64,000 bases of DNA from an uncultured bacterium (GTDB taxonomy: Bacteria; Cyanobacteriota; Vampirovibrionia; Gastranaerophilales; JAILCC01). A program made the translations under genes and the position numbers. Positions 29,044 through 39,106 of the stretch are shown here, piece by piece; the stretch's first letter is position 1, and each line of letters begins with the position of its first letter. Location of the stretch: assembly GCA_949283935.1 (NCBI GenBank), contig CASDUJ010000021.1, forward strand, positions 38,396-102,395, written 5' to 3'. The notes below the pieces were generated by a model. The model was not told where the DNA came from. It saw only the letters and a program-made list of their open reading frames with translations, and did no database searches.

Positions 29044-30933
29044 ATGAGAATAAATATGAAGCGATTTAATAAAATATTTTTAGTTATTTGTTTGATAAGC
29101 AGTTTCTTTTTAGGAAATGTTTCTTTTTCTAAAGATATAGAAAATACTCAAGAAATTAATACAAAAACAGATTTGCCAAAATCTTCTGTGAAAGAAGATT
29201 ATCGTTTTCCCTTAGACGATAAACCACAAGTATTGAGTATTTTTGACTATAATGAAAATTCTGTTTCTAATCAAATTAGAGAAACTACAGTAGAAAAAAC
29301 TGATACCGTTGAGTATGATGAAGCATTTGTGTCAAGAGATTTGGAGTTATCCAGCGAAACGGTGGATTTTTATCCTGAGACTAGTCAATATGTTGCAAAA
29401 GGTAATGCGATATTGCTGATTCCACAAGAAAATATGCAAATGAAAGCTAATGAAATTATTATTGACCAAAGAAGTTATGAAATTATTGGAATTGGTAATG
29501 TAAAAATTGTAAAAGATGGTGCTGATTATTACGGAGATTACATAAGAATAAATACTAAAAAAGAGTCATCATTTTTTAAAAATCCTATATTGTATTTTGC
29601 AGAAATTACTATAAATTCTGATTCTGCTACTATGTATGCAAACGAAACAATAGCTAAAGAAGGTTCTGCAATAATTGAAAAAAATGCTAATATGGTTTTG
29701 TCCACTAGTCAGTTTGGTTCAGTTTTGGCAGATAGGTTTTTTGATCCTAACAAGCAATTTGATTCTACCAAAAATAACTATAAAATTATTGCAAAAAAAA
29801 TTCTTGTAAAACGTGCAGAAGATAGAACAGATATAACCCTGAAAAGTGCCAAAATTTATCGCGGAAAACATTTGGTAGGTTATTCGCCAAGTTTTACTTT
29901 TGCTACAGACAAAGATGTTAATTATATAGAAACGAGTTTTCCTGAATTTGGTAATCGTTCTAGAATAGGAACATATGTTGCACCTTCGTTAGTTATGGGT
30001 TTGCCTAATGCTTCTACATTAAAAGCAGGGCCTTTAATGTCTTTGAATACAGATATGGATTTTGGCATAGGTGCTTTTGCTCGATTAAATACTCCTAAAA
30101 GTCAAAGTAATTTTATGTATTCATCTGCTACTGGAAATTTTTTGGTGGATGCTTCATATAAATTTACTGACAATTTAAGATTAAATTTTGTTGGAAATGA
30201 TTACATTGATACCGGATGGATGGGCGGACAAATGCCTAATTATGGTGTAGAATTAGTTCACGAAAAATTTGCAACAATTGAACAAGCTAATTTATGGTTA
30301 AGAAATAGAGTTTCTGCCGGTTTGTTTGATGATAACAGAGATTATGGAAGTAACACGCTTACTACAGCTAGATATAAATGGCAAGTAGAAGGTTACAACA
30401 GTAAACCTTTGCTAAATTGGGAAAAATATCTTATGCTCGGATATGCTTATCAACATGATTTGACTTTGTATCAAACTGGCGAGAGAGCTGGTGTTTTAAG
30501 AGCTGGGCCAAGAATATATTCTGATTTGGGAAGATTATTGTGGGAAGTTACATATTTTGCTGCTGGGCAATATGAAGAGTCTCCTTTTATTTTTGATAGA
30601 TACAGATATGGAAAGAACAATGTCCGTTTTAGAGGGCAATATTATATAAACAAATATTTGTCTATTGCATATTATGCTTCAGCGAATTTAAGTGGAAGAG
30701 ATTATGAAGATAATTGGTTAACAGAAAATCAATTTATTGCTTCTGTTGGCACAGAAGATTTAAAACTAAGAATAGGTTTTGACACAGTAAGAAATTCGAG
30801 TGTTGTGGGTTTTGATATGCTTTTAGGTTCAAACAAAGCTTTGGTTGAATTTGACGAAATGAAAGTTGTCGATTTTGATGCTAGAGCAAAAGAAAAATCA
30901 GATAAAAAAGAAAAGAAGAAAACTAAACTTTAA
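29044..30933 (+). CDS. LptD/OstA-like outer-membrane protein
   Basis: Signal peptide, an OstA-like N-domain (YVAKGNAILLIPQENMQMKANEIIIDQRSYEIIGIGNVKIVKDGADYYGDYIRIN), and a long aromatic-rich beta-barrel-like C-half. Confidence 0.6.
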   Translation: MRINMKRFNKIFLVICLISSFFLGNVSFSKDIENTQEINTKTDLPKSSVKEDYRFPLDDKPQVLSIFDYNENSVSNQIRETTVEKTDTVEYDEAFVSRDLELSSETVDFYPETSQYVAKGNAILLIPQENMQMKANEIIIDQRSYEIIGIGNVKIVKDGADYYGDYIRINTKKESSFFKNPILYFAEITINSDSATMYANETIAKEGSAIIEKNANMVLSTSQFGSVLADRFFDPNKQFDSTKNNYKIIAKKILVKRAEDRTDITLKSAKIYRGKHLVGYSPSFTFATDKDVNYIETSFPEFGNRSRIGTYVAPSLVMGLPNASTLKAGPLMSLNTDMDFGIGAFARLNTPKSQSNFMYSSATGNFLVDASYKFTDNLRLNFVGNDYIDTGWMGGQMPNYGVELVHEKFATIEQANLWLRNRVSAGLFDDNRDYGSNTLTTARYKWQVEGYNSKPLLNWEKYLMLGYAYQHDLTLYQTGERAGVLRAGPRIYSDLGRLLWEVTYFAAGQYEESPFIFDRYRYGKNNVRFRGQYYINKYLSIAYYASANLSGRDYEDNWLTENQFIASVGTEDLKLRIGFDTVRNSSVVGFDMLLGSNKALVEFDEMKVVDFDARAKEKSDKKEKKKTKL

Positions 30934-30945
30934 GGGTGATAGAGT

Positions 30946-31818
30946 ATGGGAATAAAAGAATGGCTCCATAAAAAAAGAGAGCAAAAAAACAGTTCAAGAA
31001 CTATAAATACGGCAGTTATTGATGATGAAGTTGGTAAGCTTTGGACCAAGTGTTTTAATTGTGGTGCAAATTTACCTGCCAAAGAGGTGGAAGAGAATTT
31101 ACACGTATGTACAAAATGTGGATATCACTTTAGAATCAATGCCAAAGAACGTATTGCACAAGTAGTTGATTTAGCTACTTTTGAAGAAATTAATGCAGAT
31201 GTTGTTTCTGCTGATCCGCTTCAATTTAAAGATTTGAAGACTTACAAATCCCGACAAAAAGATGCTTTTGAAAAAACTAAACTAAATGATTCCATAATAA
31301 CTGGGATAGGTAAAATTAATGGTGAAAAAATGGCTATAGCAGTTATGGAATTTGCTTATATGGGAGGTTCTATGGGCTCTGTTGTTGGGGAAAAAATTAC
31401 AAGACTTATTGAAATTGCTATTGAAAAAAAATTGCCTGTTGTGATTTTTACTTCTTCAGGTGGAGCAAGGATGCAAGAAGGAATTTTTAGCTTGATGCAA
31501 ATGGCAAAAACTAGTTGTGCGGTAGCAAAATTAAATAAAGCAAAATTACTATACATTACTGTTTTGACCGAACCAACTTTTGGAGGAGTTACCGCAAGTT
31601 TTGGTACTTTAGGAGATATTATTATAGCTGAACAAGGTGCAAGAATGGGATTTGCCGGAAGGAGAGTAATAGAGCAAACAATAAGGCAAAAACTTCCTGC
31701 GGATTTTCAAACAGCACAATATTTTTTGAAACATGGCCAAGTTGATATGATATGTTCGAGAGATGAATTGAAAGAAGTTATTGCAAATTTGGTAAGACTT
31801 CATTCAAAAAACAAATAA
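30946..31818 (+). CDS. accD: Acetyl-CoA carboxylase carboxyltransferase beta subunit
   Basis: Zn-ribbon CFNCGANL...CTKCGYHFRI, followed by GGSMGSVVGEK and SGGARMQEG. Confidence 0.93.
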   Translation: MGIKEWLHKKREQKNSSRTINTAVIDDEVGKLWTKCFNCGANLPAKEVEENLHVCTKCGYHFRINAKERIAQVVDLATFEEINADVVSADPLQFKDLKTYKSRQKDAFEKTKLNDSIITGIGKINGEKMAIAVMEFAYMGGSMGSVVGEKITRLIEIAIEKKLPVVIFTSSGGARMQEGIFSLMQMAKTSCAVAKLNKAKLLYITVLTEPTFGGVTASFGTLGDIIIAEQGARMGFAGRRVIEQTIRQKLPADFQTAQYFLKHGQVDMICSRDELKEVIANLVRLHSKNK

Positions 31819-31830
31819 AAGGAATTTAAT

Positions 31831-32790
31831 ATGTCTAAAATTACACAATTACCATTTGAAAAACCAATATATGATATTGAGGATAAAATTGAAGAACTTA
31901 AAATGTTGAGTAATGAATCAGGAATTGATTTAACTTCACAAATTGAAACATTAACAAAACAAGCGGAGGAATTTAAAAAGAATTTGTACAATAATTTAAA
32001 ACCATACGAAAGAATTCAAATTGCCAGACATGCAATGCGTCCGACATTTTTAGATTATGTGAAAAATATTACTACTGATTGGCTTGAATTACATGGAGAT
32101 CGAGCCGGTACAGATGATCGTTCTATAATTGGAGGCATTGCTAGAATTGACAATCAGCCGGTTGTTCTAATTGGTACCCAAAAAGGAAAAACTACCAAAG
32201 AAAATTTAGAATATAACTTTGGAATGCCTCATCCTGAGGGTTATCGTAAAGCTTTAAGATTATTTAAGCATGCAGAGAGATTTGATTTACCTATAGTTAC
32301 AATCATAGATACTCCTGGTGCTTATCCGGGTATGAAGGCTGAAGAAACAGGACAAGGTGTTGCTATTGCAGAAAATCTTTTGGAAATGGCCAAGTTAAAA
32401 GTTCCCATAATTGCAGTTATAACAGGAGAAGGATGTTCTGGTGGAGCTTTAGGTTTAGCAGTAGCTAACAAAGTTTATATGTTGGAAAATGCTTACTATA
32501 CAGTAATTACACCTGAGGGCTGTGCATCTATTTTGTGGAATGATGCCGCTTATGCTGATAAAGCGGCCGAAGCTTTAAGAATTACTGCAGATTTTCTTCT
32601 TGAGCAAAATATTATTGACGGAATAATAAAAGAACCTTTAGGCGGTGCTCATTATGATCCAGAATTGACTTTTGTTAACCTTAAAAATGTGGTAGTTAAA
32701 GCTTTGAGCGAATTATCTCAATTAAACGAACAACAATTAATTGAAACTCGTTATGACAAATACCGAGCTATGGGTGCTTTAAATGGATAA
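31831..32790 (+). CDS. accA: Acetyl-CoA carboxylase carboxyltransferase alpha subunit
   Basis: RPTFLDY, HGDRAG.DD..I.GG, IDTPGAYPG..AEE.GQ, GEGCSGGALG. Confidence 0.93.
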   Translation: MSKITQLPFEKPIYDIEDKIEELKMLSNESGIDLTSQIETLTKQAEEFKKNLYNNLKPYERIQIARHAMRPTFLDYVKNITTDWLELHGDRAGTDDRSIIGGIARIDNQPVVLIGTQKGKTTKENLEYNFGMPHPEGYRKALRLFKHAERFDLPIVTIIDTPGAYPGMKAEETGQGVAIAENLLEMAKLKVPIIAVITGEGCSGGALGLAVANKVYMLENAYYTVITPEGCASILWNDAAYADKAAEALRITADFLLEQNIIDGIIKEPLGGAHYDPELTFVNLKNVVVKALSELSQLNEQQLIETRYDKYRAMGALNG

Positions 32791-32824
32791 ACAAATCTAA
32801 AAAAACTTAAAAGGCAAGGTTTTC

Positions 32825-33847
32825 TTAGATATTTATTGCTTGATTTTTGTTGAGAGCTAGCTTAGATGCTCTCTTTGTTCTAAAAATCATGTCTGTAAAT
32901 GCTTCTAATCTGGTAATAAAACCTGCTTCTCCTGTATGTTCGTCTATAGTAAGATTTAGTAAAGGTTTTTTAAATTTTTTGGCATATCTTGTCATACGTT
33001 CAATCATAATGGAATCAGGTCCACATCCAAAAGATGTTATTGTTATTACTCCATCAATTTTAGGGTCATTTAAATAAAATCCAGCAGCTCCAGTCATTTC
33101 ATATTCGTTTGCCCAATATAGAGTTGTGTCAAGATTTTTGAAGCCTTCTTGTGCTTCTTTTTTACTTAATTCTCCGGCAAAATAAACATTGGCTCCCATC
33201 TTTTTCATTTTTGAAATAACTTTCATACTTATATGTTCATCAAAAATGTTGTATCCGTGAGAAATAAGAGCAACATTAATTTTTTCTTTGTCTAAAGGAT
33301 TTTTTGTCTGAAATTCTTCTTTTCCTTGAATTGCCATTTTTATTGCTCTTTCTGCTTCCAGTCCAAAATGAAGCATTTTTTCATATGAAGACTGGCATCT
33401 CCAGCCAATTTCCGCTGCTTTTTTTATTTTTTTCTTGTCTTTTATTCCTAAAGGTATAACTGATTCGTACAAACAATTTTCAAACGATTGACCTTTTTCG
33501 GACATATCAAAAGTAGGTTCTATTAACAGATAATTTCTTTTTATTACATTTCTTATTAAATCAGGTAAGCCTCTAATTTTGGAACAATTATAAATTTTAG
33601 GTTCAATTGATTGTATACTTGGACAATAAATAATATCCAATCCCTTGTCCAATAAATTTAGAACATGACCTATATAAACTTTAACAGGGAGGCAGGTTTC
33701 TGTTACGACTAAAGCACTTCCATTTGACACAATTTGCTTAGTTGTTTTGTCAGATAAAACAACTTCTACTCCTAATTCGGTAAAAAAAGCATGCCAAAAT
33801 GGATAATATGTGTAGTATATCAAACCTCTTGGAATTCCAATTTTCAA
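32825..33847 (-). CDS. DUF2229-like (CoA-enzyme activase-associated) protein
   Basis: MKIGIPRGLIYYTYYPFWHAFFTELGVEVVLSDKTTK.I...G......ETCLPVKVYIGHV matches my recollection of the DUF2229 N-terminus. No BcrAD/BadFG ATPase gene is adjacent. Confidence 0.55.
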   Translation of the reverse strand: MKIGIPRGLIYYTYYPFWHAFFTELGVEVVLSDKTTKQIVSNGSALVVTETCLPVKVYIGHVLNLLDKGLDIIYCPSIQSIEPKIYNCSKIRGLPDLIRNVIKRNYLLIEPTFDMSEKGQSFENCLYESVIPLGIKDKKKIKKAAEIGWRCQSSYEKMLHFGLEAERAIKMAIQGKEEFQTKNPLDKEKINVALISHGYNIFDEHISMKVISKMKKMGANVYFAGELSKKEAQEGFKNLDTTLYWANEYEMTGAAGFYLNDPKIDGVITITSFGCGPDSIMIERMTRYAKKFKKPLLNLTIDEHTGEAGFITRLEAFTDMIFRTKRASKLALNKNQAINI

Positions 33848-33939
33848 TCCAAACTCTCCTTTTGCTTTTTGCTAAACATTCTAGCATGAAAAATTTAAAA
33901 ATATAAATATTTCATTATGATTTAAAAAAAAGATAAAAT

Positions 33940-34320
33940 ATGAGGTATAATATAAGTATTGACATGGAATTAAGGAGGCAGTTTATGGATACTGAAGCTT
34001 ATGTAAAATTAATATTTAGTAAGATGGTGTGTTCTTGCTGTGACAAACAATTTACTCCTGATTGTATAGAAATAATAAGAATTGAAGACAATTGCGCTAT
34101 TGTGAAAATTGTTTGCACGCATTGCAATAAAAATTATGGTATAGCAATTGTTGGGATTGAAAAAATTGATACAGAAAGTATGCAAGATGAAGAAAGCGTT
34201 TTAATACCTGATTTGCCACCTATAACAACAGATGATGTAATAGAAGCTCATAAATTTATTGATAAATTAGGAGATGATTGGAGTAAATATATACCAGAAA
34301 AGTTTAGGAATGTGGAATAA
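33940..34320 (+). CDS. Small Cys-rich (zinc-ribbon-like) protein, unknown function
   Basis: CSCCDKQF...CTHCNKNYG forms a CxxC...CxxC pair. The exact start is uncertain (several in-frame Met). Confidence 0.45.
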   Translation: MRYNISIDMELRRQFMDTEAYVKLIFSKMVCSCCDKQFTPDCIEIIRIEDNCAIVKIVCTHCNKNYGIAIVGIEKIDTESMQDEESVLIPDLPPITTDDVIEAHKFIDKLGDDWSKYIPEKFRNVE

Positions 34321-34391
34321 TAAACTTTGTTGACTTACTTGCAGTAATTTGAGAAAATTAGAGCGTATATAGTTCATTTATGGGGGTGTGC

Positions 34392-35249
34392 ATGAAAGGT
34401 ATTGTATTGGCTGGTGGAGCAGGAACAAGACTTTATCCTGCATCTATTCCTATATCTAAAATTCTTTTGCCTATTTACGATAAACCAATGATTTATTATC
34501 CTATTTCTACTTTGATGTTAGCGGGAATTAAGGAAATTTTAATTATAACTAATCCAGACGATGTTGACAATTTCAAAAAATTACTTGGAGATGGTTCTCA
34601 ATTAGGTATCAAATTTGAATATGCTGTTCAATATGAGCCTAGGGGAATAGCTGAGGCCTTTTTAATTGGAGAGAAATTTATAGGAAACGATTCTGTTGCT
34701 TTAATTTTAGGTGATAATGTATTTCACGGGCATGGATTTGGTACTCAATTAAAACGTGTTGTTGCCCACAATGACGGTGCAACTGTTTTTGCTTATCACG
34801 TAAAAAATCCTAAACAATTTGGTGTAGTTGAATTTGACAGGCATCAAAAAGCTATATCTTTGGAAGAAAAACCTAATAGTCCCCGTTCTGATTATGCAGT
34901 TGTCGGACTTTACTTTTATGATAATGATGTTATTTCGTATGCGAAAACTTTGCAACCTTCTGCTAGAGGAGAATTGGAAATAACTGATTTAAATAATATT
35001 TATTTGCTAAAAGATCGTTTATCTGTGGAAATTTTGGGACGTGGCTTTACGTGGCTTGATACAGGAACTTTTGACACATTGTTGCAGGCTGCCAATTTTG
35101 TTCAGTCGGCTGAAATGAACAAAGGTGAAAAAATAGCTTGTATTGAGGAAATAGCTATTAATGAAGGTTATATTTCTAAAGAGGAATTGCTCAAGAGATT
35201 AAATCCTAATTTAAATAATGAATACTTGGAATATGTAAAGCTGGTGTGA
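34392..35249 (+). CDS. rfbA: Glucose-1-phosphate thymidylyltransferase
   Basis: MKGIVLAGGAGTRLYP, LGDN.F.G, EKP..P.S.YAV.GLYFYD, and the EITD motif. The ATG at 34392 has GGGGGTG upstream. Confidence 0.92.
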   Translation: MKGIVLAGGAGTRLYPASIPISKILLPIYDKPMIYYPISTLMLAGIKEILIITNPDDVDNFKKLLGDGSQLGIKFEYAVQYEPRGIAEAFLIGEKFIGNDSVALILGDNVFHGHGFGTQLKRVVAHNDGATVFAYHVKNPKQFGVVEFDRHQKAISLEEKPNSPRSDYAVVGLYFYDNDVISYAKTLQPSARGELEITDLNNIYLLKDRLSVEILGRGFTWLDTGTFDTLLQAANFVQSAEMNKGEKIACIEEIAINEGYISKEELLKRLNPNLNNEYLEYVKLV

Positions 35250-35345
35250 CTTTTGACCGTGTTTATTTAAATAAATGTTTTAAAAAACAAAAAAACGTAG
35301 TATAATCCTTTAGGTACATTATTTGTTCGTAAAGGAGACAGTCCT

Positions 35346-36188
35346 ATGTATAAATTGAAGAAGTTTGTTTTGTTTTCTTTGTTTGTTTTATTTACATTTT
35401 CTTACACTGGTTTAGCTTCAGCTACTGATGTTTTGTCAGAACTTCCTGATGTATCAAAAATTGATGCTCCAGCAGTAGAAAAGACTATTGAAAATTCTGA
35501 TAATACTCAATTGGAACTTGTTGAAGTTAAAAATGATAACAATATTAACGAAAAAATTTTGAAAATTGAAAATCTTCCAAAAGTTAAGAATGTTTCTTCT
35601 AATATAGTCAATATTACTGCTAACGAAATTATTATTCCTAAAGGGGATGTTTTTGAGGTAAGTTTTGCGCAAGATTTTACTACCAAAAATTTAAAAGTTG
35701 GAGACAAAGTAGTTTTTGACTTACCTAAAGGTCTTTATACACAAGAAGGTAGAATGCTTCTTCCTTGTGGAACACAAATTATTGCTTGCGTAAAATCTTA
35801 TACTCCTCCTAAATGGTTCAATAGAAATGCAAAAGTTATGCTAGATTTTTACGAAATTTTAGTGCCAGGTTCTACAGCTTGTTCTATGGGAGCTTGTGTT
35901 TACGGCAAATATAATGCTTTACAACGCTCTGGTTGGGCTACTTTTGCGAAACCGGCAATTTGGACAGTTGGTTTATTTGGTGTAGGTGCAGGTCTTGGGG
36001 CTGCAATCGGAGCTGCTGCAGGACATGCCAGTATTGGATGTTTAGCTATTGGTATGCCTGTTGGTGGCGGAGTTGGTTTGATTTTAGGACTTGTTACTCC
36101 TGGACTTCATTACAAAGCAAAAGCTGGAAAAGAAATTCCAATTATGCTTACAAATGACATGGTTCTTTATAGTATGCCAAAAAATTAA
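35346..36188 (+). CDS. Secreted TrbI/VirB10-like plus glycine-zipper protein (shorter paralog of 15436..16560)
   Basis: Signal peptide. IIIPKGDVFEVSFAQDFTTKNLKVGDKVVFDLP.GLYTQEGRMLLPCGTQIIACV....K.FNRNAKVMLDFYEILVPG, followed by the glycine zipper GLFGVGAGLGAAIGAAAGHASIGCLAIGMPVGGGVGLILGL. Confidence 0.5.
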   Translation: MYKLKKFVLFSLFVLFTFSYTGLASATDVLSELPDVSKIDAPAVEKTIENSDNTQLELVEVKNDNNINEKILKIENLPKVKNVSSNIVNITANEIIIPKGDVFEVSFAQDFTTKNLKVGDKVVFDLPKGLYTQEGRMLLPCGTQIIACVKSYTPPKWFNRNAKVMLDFYEILVPGSTACSMGACVYGKYNALQRSGWATFAKPAIWTVGLFGVGAGLGAAIGAAAGHASIGCLAIGMPVGGGVGLILGLVTPGLHYKAKAGKEIPIMLTNDMVLYSMPKN

Positions 36189-36208
36189 GTTTTCGAGCAA
36201 ACAAAAAA

Positions 36209-36237
36209 ATACCATCTTTTTAAGGTGGTATTTTTTT
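36209..36237 (+). terminator. Intrinsic terminator after 35346..36188
   Basis: ATACCATCTT-TTT-AAGGTGGTAT (10-bp stem with one G-U pair) followed by TTTTTT. Confidence 0.75.
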
Positions 36238-36265
36238 GTGCGTAAATTTTAGCCTTAAAATATTC

Positions 36266-36294
36266 TTGTTACGTAAAAATGTTTGTGGTATAAA
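36266..36294 (+). promoter_or_regulatory. Putative sigma70-type promoter of ppdK
   Basis: TTGTTA, a 17-nt spacer, then TGgTATAAA (extended -10), about 28 nt upstream of the ppdK ATG. AT-rich context makes chance matches easy. Confidence 0.35.
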
Positions 36295-36321
36295 ATTTAT
36301 GTACATTTTAGGAGAATAAAT

Positions 36322-38982
36322 ATGACAGAAAAACGCGTATGGCTTTTTAAAGAAGGTGATGCTTCGATGAGGAATTTATTAGGAGGCAAAGGTGCAAATC
36401 TTGCTGAAATGACAAATAAGGGCTTGCCTGTTCCTCCTGGCTTAACTATTACTACGGAAACTTGCATGAATTATATTAACAATGGAAATAAAATGCCTGC
36501 TGGTTTAATGGAAGAAGTAAAAACAGCTTTAAAAGAGGTTGAAAAACAAGCTGGTAAAAAATTTGGCGATACATCTAATCCTTTACTTGTTTCAGTTCGT
36601 TCAGGTGCTAGACTTTCTATGCCGGGAATGATGGAAACTATTTTAAATTTAGGTTTAAACGATGAAACTGTTGAAGCTATGGTCAAATTAACAAACAACC
36701 CGAGATTTTGTTACGATGCATATCGTCGTTTTTTGACAATGTTTGGTTCTGTAGCTTGGGAAATGGATAGACAAAAATATTTTGAGGCTGAAGTAGAAAA
36801 GCTTAAAGCTAAAGAAGGAGTTACCTCTGATACTGAAGTTTCTGCAGATGGTTGGAAATCTCTTATACCTATTTACAAAGCTGTTATAAAAGAAGTTACA
36901 GGCAAAGAATTTCCTCAAGATCCTTTTGTACAATTACAGGAAGCTATTGAAGCGGTTTTTCGTTCTTGGAATATTCCACGTGCTGTAACTTACAGAAATA
37001 TGAATAAAATTGATCACAATTACGGAACAGCCGTAAATGTTCAGACAATGGTATTCGGAAATATGGGAGATGATTGTGCTACAGGTGTTTCGTTTACAAG
37101 AAATCCAGCTACAGGCGAAAATAAATTTTATGGGGAATATCTTACAAATGCACAAGGTGAAGATGTCGTTGCAGGAATAAGAACTCCAAAACCTATTGCA
37201 GAATTGGAAACTGAAATGCCTGAACTATACAAACAATATGTGGATATAGCAAAAAAATTAGAGCTTGCATATAAAGATGTACAAGATATGGAATTTACAA
37301 TTGAAAGAGGTAAATTGTGGATTTTGCAAACTCGAAATGGAAAAAGAACAGCTGCAGCTGCAGTAAGAATTGCGGTGGAAATGTGTGAGGAAGGAATTAT
37401 TTCGAAGGAAAGAGCTGTTCAATTAGTAGATCCTTATTCAGTAAATCAAATACTTTTGCCTTGTTTTGATAATAAAGCTATGGCTGAGGCTCATAAGATA
37501 TGTAAAGGTGTGAATGCTTCTCCAGGCGCTGCAGTAGGAAAAATTGTATTTAATACTGAAGAAGCTGCAGAACGTGGAGCTTCGGGGGAAAAAGTTATTC
37601 TAGTTAGAATAGAAACTTGTCCTGATGATATTCATGGAATGGCGGTAGCTCAAGGGGTTTTGACTCTAAGAGGTGGTGCTACTTCTCATGCTGCTGTAGT
37701 GGCTAAAGGTATGGGAAAACCCTGTGTTGCTGGATGCGAAGATATGAGGATTGATTTGGATAATGAAACCTTGATAGGTTGTGATGGAACTGTTTACCAC
37801 AAAGATGATGTTATATCTTTAGATGGCGGAACAGGTATTGTTATGGAAGGTGCTGTAAAGCTAGCTGATGCTAAAATAGATGAAAATTTCCATAAATTTT
37901 TTACTTGGGTAGATGAAATAAAAGAAATGACTGTAGAAGCTAATGCTGATACGCCTAAAGATATTATAAATTCAATAAAATTTGGTGCAGAAGGTGTTGG
38001 CTTATGTCGTACAGAACATATGTTTATGGATCCGGACAGATTACCTTGGGTACAAAAAATGATTATTGCTGGTACAAAAGAAGCAAGGAAAGAAGCTTTA
38101 GATAAACTTTTACCAATGCAATATTCTGATTTTTATGCTATGTTCAAAGAATTGGGAGAATTACCAATGACAATACGTTTATTGGATCCTCCTTTACATG
38201 AATTTTTGCCTGACAAAGAAACATTAATAGCCGAAGTTGCAACATTGAGAGCTCAAGGAAAAGATGCAAAAGAAAAAGAAGAAATGTTAAGTATAGTAGA
38301 AAGTTTATCTGAGTCAAATCCAATGATGGGATTAAGAGGATGTAGACTAGGTTTAACTTATCCTGAAATCAATGAAATGCAAGTTAGAGCTATTTTTGAA
38401 GCTGCTTGCGATTTAAAAAAGGAAGGTGTAAATGTTAAACCTTACGTTATGATTCCTTTAATTGGGCACGTTAACGAGTTAAAAGTTGCAAAAGATATTC
38501 TTGTTAGGGTAGCAGAGCTTGTAATGGCTGAAAAAGGTGTTAAAGTTGAATATAAATTTGGCACCATGATTGAAATTCCAAGAGCAGCATTAACTGCTGA
38601 TGAAGTAGCTCAATACGCTGAATTTTTCTCGTTTGGTACTAACGATTTGACACAAATGACTTTTGGCTATTCTAGAGATGATGCTGAAGGTAAGTTCTTA
38701 AAAAGATATGTGGAACAAGAAATTCTTCCTTCCAATCCTTTCGAAACACTTGACCAAAAAGGCGTTGGACAGTTAATTGAAATGGCAATGGAAAAAGGGA
38801 AAAGCGTTAATCCGTCTTTGATTGGTGGTGTTTGCGGTGAACACGGAGGAGATCCTGATTCTGTAAAATTCTGCCATAAAATTGGATTAAATTATGTTTC
38901 TTGTTCTCCATTTAGAATACCTCAGGCAAAATTGGCTGCAGCTCAAGCTGCTTTAGAAACAAAAATTTTGTCAAAGGTATAA
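36322..38982 (+). CDS. ppdK: Pyruvate, phosphate dikinase
   Basis: GGKGANLAEM, phosphohistidine region RGGATSHAAVVAKGMGKPCV, CRTEHMF, FFSFGTNDLTQ. The ATG at 36322 has AGGAGA upstream. Confidence 0.95.
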   Translation: MTEKRVWLFKEGDASMRNLLGGKGANLAEMTNKGLPVPPGLTITTETCMNYINNGNKMPAGLMEEVKTALKEVEKQAGKKFGDTSNPLLVSVRSGARLSMPGMMETILNLGLNDETVEAMVKLTNNPRFCYDAYRRFLTMFGSVAWEMDRQKYFEAEVEKLKAKEGVTSDTEVSADGWKSLIPIYKAVIKEVTGKEFPQDPFVQLQEAIEAVFRSWNIPRAVTYRNMNKIDHNYGTAVNVQTMVFGNMGDDCATGVSFTRNPATGENKFYGEYLTNAQGEDVVAGIRTPKPIAELETEMPELYKQYVDIAKKLELAYKDVQDMEFTIERGKLWILQTRNGKRTAAAAVRIAVEMCEEGIISKERAVQLVDPYSVNQILLPCFDNKAMAEAHKICKGVNASPGAAVGKIVFNTEEAAERGASGEKVILVRIETCPDDIHGMAVAQGVLTLRGGATSHAAVVAKGMGKPCVAGCEDMRIDLDNETLIGCDGTVYHKDDVISLDGGTGIVMEGAVKLADAKIDENFHKFFTWVDEIKEMTVEANADTPKDIINSIKFGAEGVGLCRTEHMFMDPDRLPWVQKMIIAGTKEARKEALDKLLPMQYSDFYAMFKELGELPMTIRLLDPPLHEFLPDKETLIAEVATLRAQGKDAKEKEEMLSIVESLSESNPMMGLRGCRLGLTYPEINEMQVRAIFEAACDLKKEGVNVKPYVMIPLIGHVNELKVAKDILVRVAELVMAEKGVKVEYKFGTMIEIPRAALTADEVAQYAEFFSFGTNDLTQMTFGYSRDDAEGKFLKRYVEQEILPSNPFETLDQKGVGQLIEMAMEKGKSVNPSLIGGVCGEHGGDPDSVKFCHKIGLNYVSCSPFRIPQAKLAAAQAALETKILSKV

Positions 38983-38995
38983 TATCTGTCTAAAT

Positions 38996-39030
38996 AAACA
39001 AAAGCAGGGATTTTTCCCTGCTTTTGTTTA
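38996..39030 (+). terminator. Intrinsic terminator after ppdK
   Basis: Perfect 15-bp stem AAACAAAAGCAGGGA / TCCCTGCTTTTGTTT with a TTTT loop. The 3' arm and tail are T-rich. Confidence 0.8.
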
Positions 39031-39106
39031 TGCTTAATCTTCTTCACTTTTTTTAATATAAATGTTACAATAATGACAAAGATTTGAGAGATGTGGGTAA
39101 GCAAAT

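Noticed and set aside
39051-39070. GTTACAAT-AA-TGACAAAG upstream of the large acidic protein looked like a third HLR1 site.
   Set aside because: Only the first half-site fits the consensus. The second half has several mismatches at any spacing.
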